Assembly: GCA_038211455.1 (NCBI GenBank)
Contig: JBBQVP010000001.1
Location: 15,593-79,592 of the forward strand
Origin: Burkholderiales bacterium
Lineage (GTDB): Bacteria > Pseudomonadota > Gammaproteobacteria > Burkholderiales > SG8-39
DNA: 64,000 nt
Reading direction: 5' to 3'
Shown here: piece by piece, positions 61,271-64,000 of the stretch
How the letters are laid out: each line of letters begins with the position of its first letter
Numbering within the stretch: position 1 is the first letter of the stretch
Notes under the pieces: generated by a model
What the model saw: the letters and a program-made list of their open reading frames with translations, nothing else
What the model was told of the DNA's origin: nothing
Database searches by the model: none
Program-made: the position numbers and the translations under genes

Positions 61271-61383
61271 GCCGGCAGCGCTCGCGAAGCGCTCCCGCCG
61301 GGCGGAACATTTTTCGTAAGCATCCCTGGCTCCCGGCGACCAATCGAGCGACCCGTGCGGGCCCATCCATCGGAGCACCATCC

Positions 61384-62370
61384 ATGCTGATCAGAACACC
61401 GTCCGACATACCGGCATCCGAAATCACATCCAAGGATACCTACCTGCGTCGCCGCGAGTTCCTGAGGCAGGCCGCGGCACTCGGTGTCGCAGGGACCATG
61501 CTCCCTCTTGGCCCGGGCTCGGTGCAGGCGCAAACCGCCTCACCGGTCACCGAGCCGGGAAAACTCACAAAGCTGCCGGGCAAGCCATCCAGGCTCTCGG
61601 CTGCCGAAAAGTTGACCCCGTACAAGGACGTCGTCACCTACAACAACTACTACGAGTTCGGCACCGACAAGTCGCAGCCCGCCCAGTACGCGCACAAACT
61701 GAAGACGCGCCCCTGGTCGGTGGTGATCGATGGTGAGGTGAAGAACAGGCAGACGATCGGCATTGAGGACCTGCTCAAGCTCGCGCCGATGGAAGAACGC
61801 ATCTACCGCATGCGCTGCGTCGAGGGCTGGTCGATGGTGATTCCGTGGGTCGGGTACTCGATGTCCGAACTGATCAAACGCGTGGAACCTACTTCCAAGG
61901 CGAAGTACGTGGCATTCACCACAGCGGTGCAGCCTGAGAGCATGATCGGGCTGAGCCTACCGGTGCTCGAATGGCCGTACATCGAGGGATTGCGCATGGA
62001 CGAGGCGATGCATCCGCTCGCGATCCTGGGTTTTGGCCTGTATGGAGAAGTGCTGCCCGGTCAGAATGGCGCCCCGGTGCGCCTGGTGGTGCCGTGGAAG
62101 TACGGTTTCAAGAGCATCAAGTCGATCGTTCGGATCACGTTCACCGAGACCATGCCCAAGACCTCGTGGAATGTCGCGGCGGCAAGCGAGTACGGGTTCT
62201 ACTCGAACGTGAATCCCGAGGTCAGCCATCCGCGCTGGAGCCAGGCAACCGAGCGCCGCATCGGCGAAGACGGTTTTTTCACGCCGAAGAGAAAGACGCT
62301 GATGTTCAATGGCTACGCCGACCAGGTTGCCGGACTGTATGCCGGCATGGATCTGAAGAAATTCTTCTGA
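61384..62370 (+). CDS. msrP: protein-methionine-sulfoxide reductase catalytic (molybdopterin) subunit MsrP (YedY)
   Basis: Tat signal [16 protein letters not shown], then [11 protein letters not shown]...[16 protein letters not shown]...[22 protein letters not shown]. Confidence 0.9.
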   Translation: MLIRTPSDIPASEITSKDTYLRRREFLRQAAALGVAGTMLPLGPGSVQAQTASPVTEPGKLTKLPGKPSRLSAAEKLTPYKDVVTYNNYYEFGTDKSQPAQYAHKLKTRPWSVVIDGEVKNRQTIGIEDLLKLAPMEERIYRMRCVEGWSMVIPWVGYSMSELIKRVEPTSKAKYVAFTTAVQPESMIGLSLPVLEWPYIEGLRMDEAMHPLAILGFGLYGEVLPGQNGAPVRLVVPWKYGFKSIKSIVRITFTETMPKTSWNVAAASEYGFYSNVNPEVSHPRWSQATERRIGEDGFFTPKRKTLMFNGYADQVAGLYAGMDLKKFF

Positions 62371-63011
62371 TGCCCTGGCAGCCCCGCGTCAGCCAACTCG
62401 GCTGGATACGGGCGGGACTGTTCGCCCTGTGCCTGGTCCCGTTCGGGCATCTGGTTTACGGCGCGTTTTCCAACAGCCTCGGCGCCAATCCGATCGAGGC
62501 CATCACCCGGTCGACCGGCTGGTGGACGCTGTCTCTCCTCATGACGACACTCGCGATCACCCCGTTGCGCCGGTTTTCCGGGATGAACTGGCTGCTGCGT
62601 CTGCGGCGCATGCTGGGCCTGTACGCCTTTTTCTATGCGCTGGCTCACTTCACCACCTTCGTCTGGTTCGATCACTGGTTCGATCCCGCCGAAATCCTGA
62701 TGGATGTGATCAAGCGGCCGTTCATCACGGTCGGCTTCGGCGCATTCCTGCTCCTGCTGCCGCTGGCGGCCACCTCCAACAACGCCATGGTCAGGAAGCT
62801 CGGCCGCGACTGGCAGCGCCTGCATCGCCTCGTCTACGTGATCGGCCTGCTTGGCGTTATTCACTACTGGTGGCTTGTGAAGCGCGACCTGACCGAGCCG
62901 GTGGCATTTGGGCTTGTGCTCGGGATGCTGCTGGGAGCAAGGCTCCTGCGACGTGGTCGAACAACGCCTTCCGCCGGTTCCCCGCGGGGTGAGCAGACCA
63001 ATGCGCCGTGA
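62370..63011 (+). CDS. msrQ: protein-methionine-sulfoxide reductase haem-binding membrane subunit MsrQ (YedZ)
   Basis: ITPLRR...LRRMLGLYAFFYALAHF...WQRLHRLVYVIGLLGVIHYWW. There is a TGATG junction with msrP. Confidence 0.9.
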   Translation: MPWQPRVSQLGWIRAGLFALCLVPFGHLVYGAFSNSLGANPIEAITRSTGWWTLSLLMTTLAITPLRRFSGMNWLLRLRRMLGLYAFFYALAHFTTFVWFDHWFDPAEILMDVIKRPFITVGFGAFLLLLPLAATSNNAMVRKLGRDWQRLHRLVYVIGLLGVIHYWWLVKRDLTEPVAFGLVLGMLLGARLLRRGRTTPSAGSPRGEQTNAP

Positions 63012-63089
63012 ACAGGATTTCCTTGATAACCGAAGGGCAAGCGTCCGCGGCAACCCGGATCCGCACGGTTCGGCCGGCCCTGCAGGGGG

Positions 63090-64000
63090 TCAATGACCCG
63101 GGTCGTGCGGGCTCTGTGGCCCGGCGGGGAAGGCGACCCCATGGCCGGGAACCACGAGTGTGGCGTCCGGGTCGGCTACGGCCGCGGTGGGCTGGTGACG
63201 ACGGTTCAGCCACTCCTGCATGGCTTCGAAGTAAAGATAGATTACTGGCGTGATGTAGAGCGTTAGCAGCTGCGAGACGATCAGCCCTCCAACCACCGAA
63301 AGGCCGAGCGGCATGCGCGCTTCGCCGCCGGAGCCGATCGACAGCGCGATCGGCAGGCTGCCCATCAGGGCGGCCATGGTGGTCATCATGATCGGCCGGA
63401 AGCGCACCAGGCAAGCCTCGTAAATCGCGGCTTCTGCTGACTTTCCTTCCTTGCGTTGTGCCTCGATAGCGAAGTCGATCATCATGATCGCGTTCTTTTT
63501 CACGATCCCGATGAGCATGATCATGCCGACGAATGCATACATGTTGAGTTCGACCCCGAACGCCAGAAGGGTCACCAGCGCGCCCAGGGCTGCGGTAGGC
63601 AGGCCGGAGAGAATGGTGAGCGGGTGGATGAAGCTCTCGTACAGGATGCCGAGCACAAGGTAGATCACGACCACGGCAAGCACAAGGAGGATCCCCATCC
63701 CCTGCAGCGAAGACTGGAAGGCCTGCGCGGTACCCTGGAACGTCGTGTTGAGCGTGTTCGGGACCTGAAGTTCCTGCATTGCCTTGTTGACGTCCGCAAT
63801 CGCCTGCGAAAGCGCCACCCCGGCGCGCAGGTCGAACGAGACTGTGACCGAGGGCAGCTGGCCGAGGTGGCTGACCGAGAGTGGCCCGACGCCGTAAGTC
63901 AGCCTGGCAAGAGAGCCGAGTGGAATCAGGGCGCCGTTGCTGGAGCGGATATAGAGCAGCGGCAACACCGAAGGGTCGGTCTGGTACTGCGGGTCGAGTT
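63090..64000 (-). CDS. RND efflux pump inner-membrane permease (AcrB/MexB family), C-terminal part; 5' end outside window
   Basis: The frame stays open to nt 64000 (..LDPQYQTDPSVLPLLYIRSSNGALIPL...). LAVVVIYLVLGILYESFIHPLTILSGLP and IGIVKKNAIMMIDFA are RND TM8-12 signatures. Confidence 0.85.
   Translation of the reverse strand, partial: LDPQYQTDPSVLPLLYIRSSNGALIPLGSLARLTYGVGPLSVSHLGQLPSVTVSFDLRAGVALSQAIADVNKAMQELQVPNTLNTTFQGTAQAFQSSLQGMGILLVLAVVVIYLVLGILYESFIHPLTILSGLPTAALGALVTLLAFGVELNMYAFVGMIMLIGIVKKNAIMMIDFAIEAQRKEGKSAEAAIYEACLVRFRPIMMTTMAALMGSLPIALSIGSGGEARMPLGLSVVGGLIVSQLLTLYITPVIYLYFEAMQEWLNRRHQPTAAVADPDATLVVPGHGVAFPAGPQSPHDPGH

Overview
This is a 64-kb GC-rich chromosomal window. Gene content and order suggest a betaproteobacterium, which is my inference because no database search was possible. 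The core is the origin-proximal-type cluster mnmG(gidA)-rsmG(gidB)-parA-parB-atpIBEFHAGDC at 10.8-22.0 kb. It is preceded by two canonical parS centromere sites. On the same strand, with no terminator I can see, it is followed by ackA-glpD-HAD phosphatase-TauE/TSUP permease, then malonyl-CoA decarboxylase and a family III CoA-transferase. Upstream (1-10.4 kb) lie a TAXI-TRAP transporter with a CoA-transferase and a CitE-like lyase, a large Hanks-type Ser/Thr kinase with a transmembrane coiled-coil/Sel1 architecture, and an enolase-superfamily gene. The middle of the window holds a GntR-controlled catabolic locus (class V aminotransferase, enoyl-CoA hydratase, TctC/Bug receptor, AzlCD, and a ~980-aa FAD/Fe-S oxidoreductase). 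It also holds an HhH-GPD glycosylase, a Kv-type K+ channel with a C-terminal zinc ribbon, lgt, a SEC-C/YecA-like protein, a REC-adenylate cyclase, ilvD, DUF924, a YyaL-like thioredoxin-domain protein, cytochrome c551 and a LIV-type ABC transporter. The right end holds a ferredoxin-NAD(P) reductase, an SDR-fold gene, cutA-dsbD, hemB, engB, cytochrome c4, cytochrome b561/cytochrome c', an ECF sigma/anti-sigma pair with msrPQ, and the 3' part of an RND pump. I recognised no rRNA, tRNA, CRISPR array, transposase or integrase. The most unusual sequence-level signals are these four. (i) A 24-nt string containing a perfect 18-bp AT-rich palindrome is repeated identically after two operons. (ii) A GC-rich hairpin (REP-like) element family occurs at two convergent or terminator positions. 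(iii) A four-hairpin small-RNA candidate with CU-rich (anti-Shine-Dalgarno-like) loops and a strong intrinsic terminator lies between engB and hemB. (iv) A 17-bp divergent gap has back-to-back -10-like hexamers placed to give leaderless transcripts in both directions. All product calls come from reading the translated ORFs, and start codons are my best choice within the ORF track.
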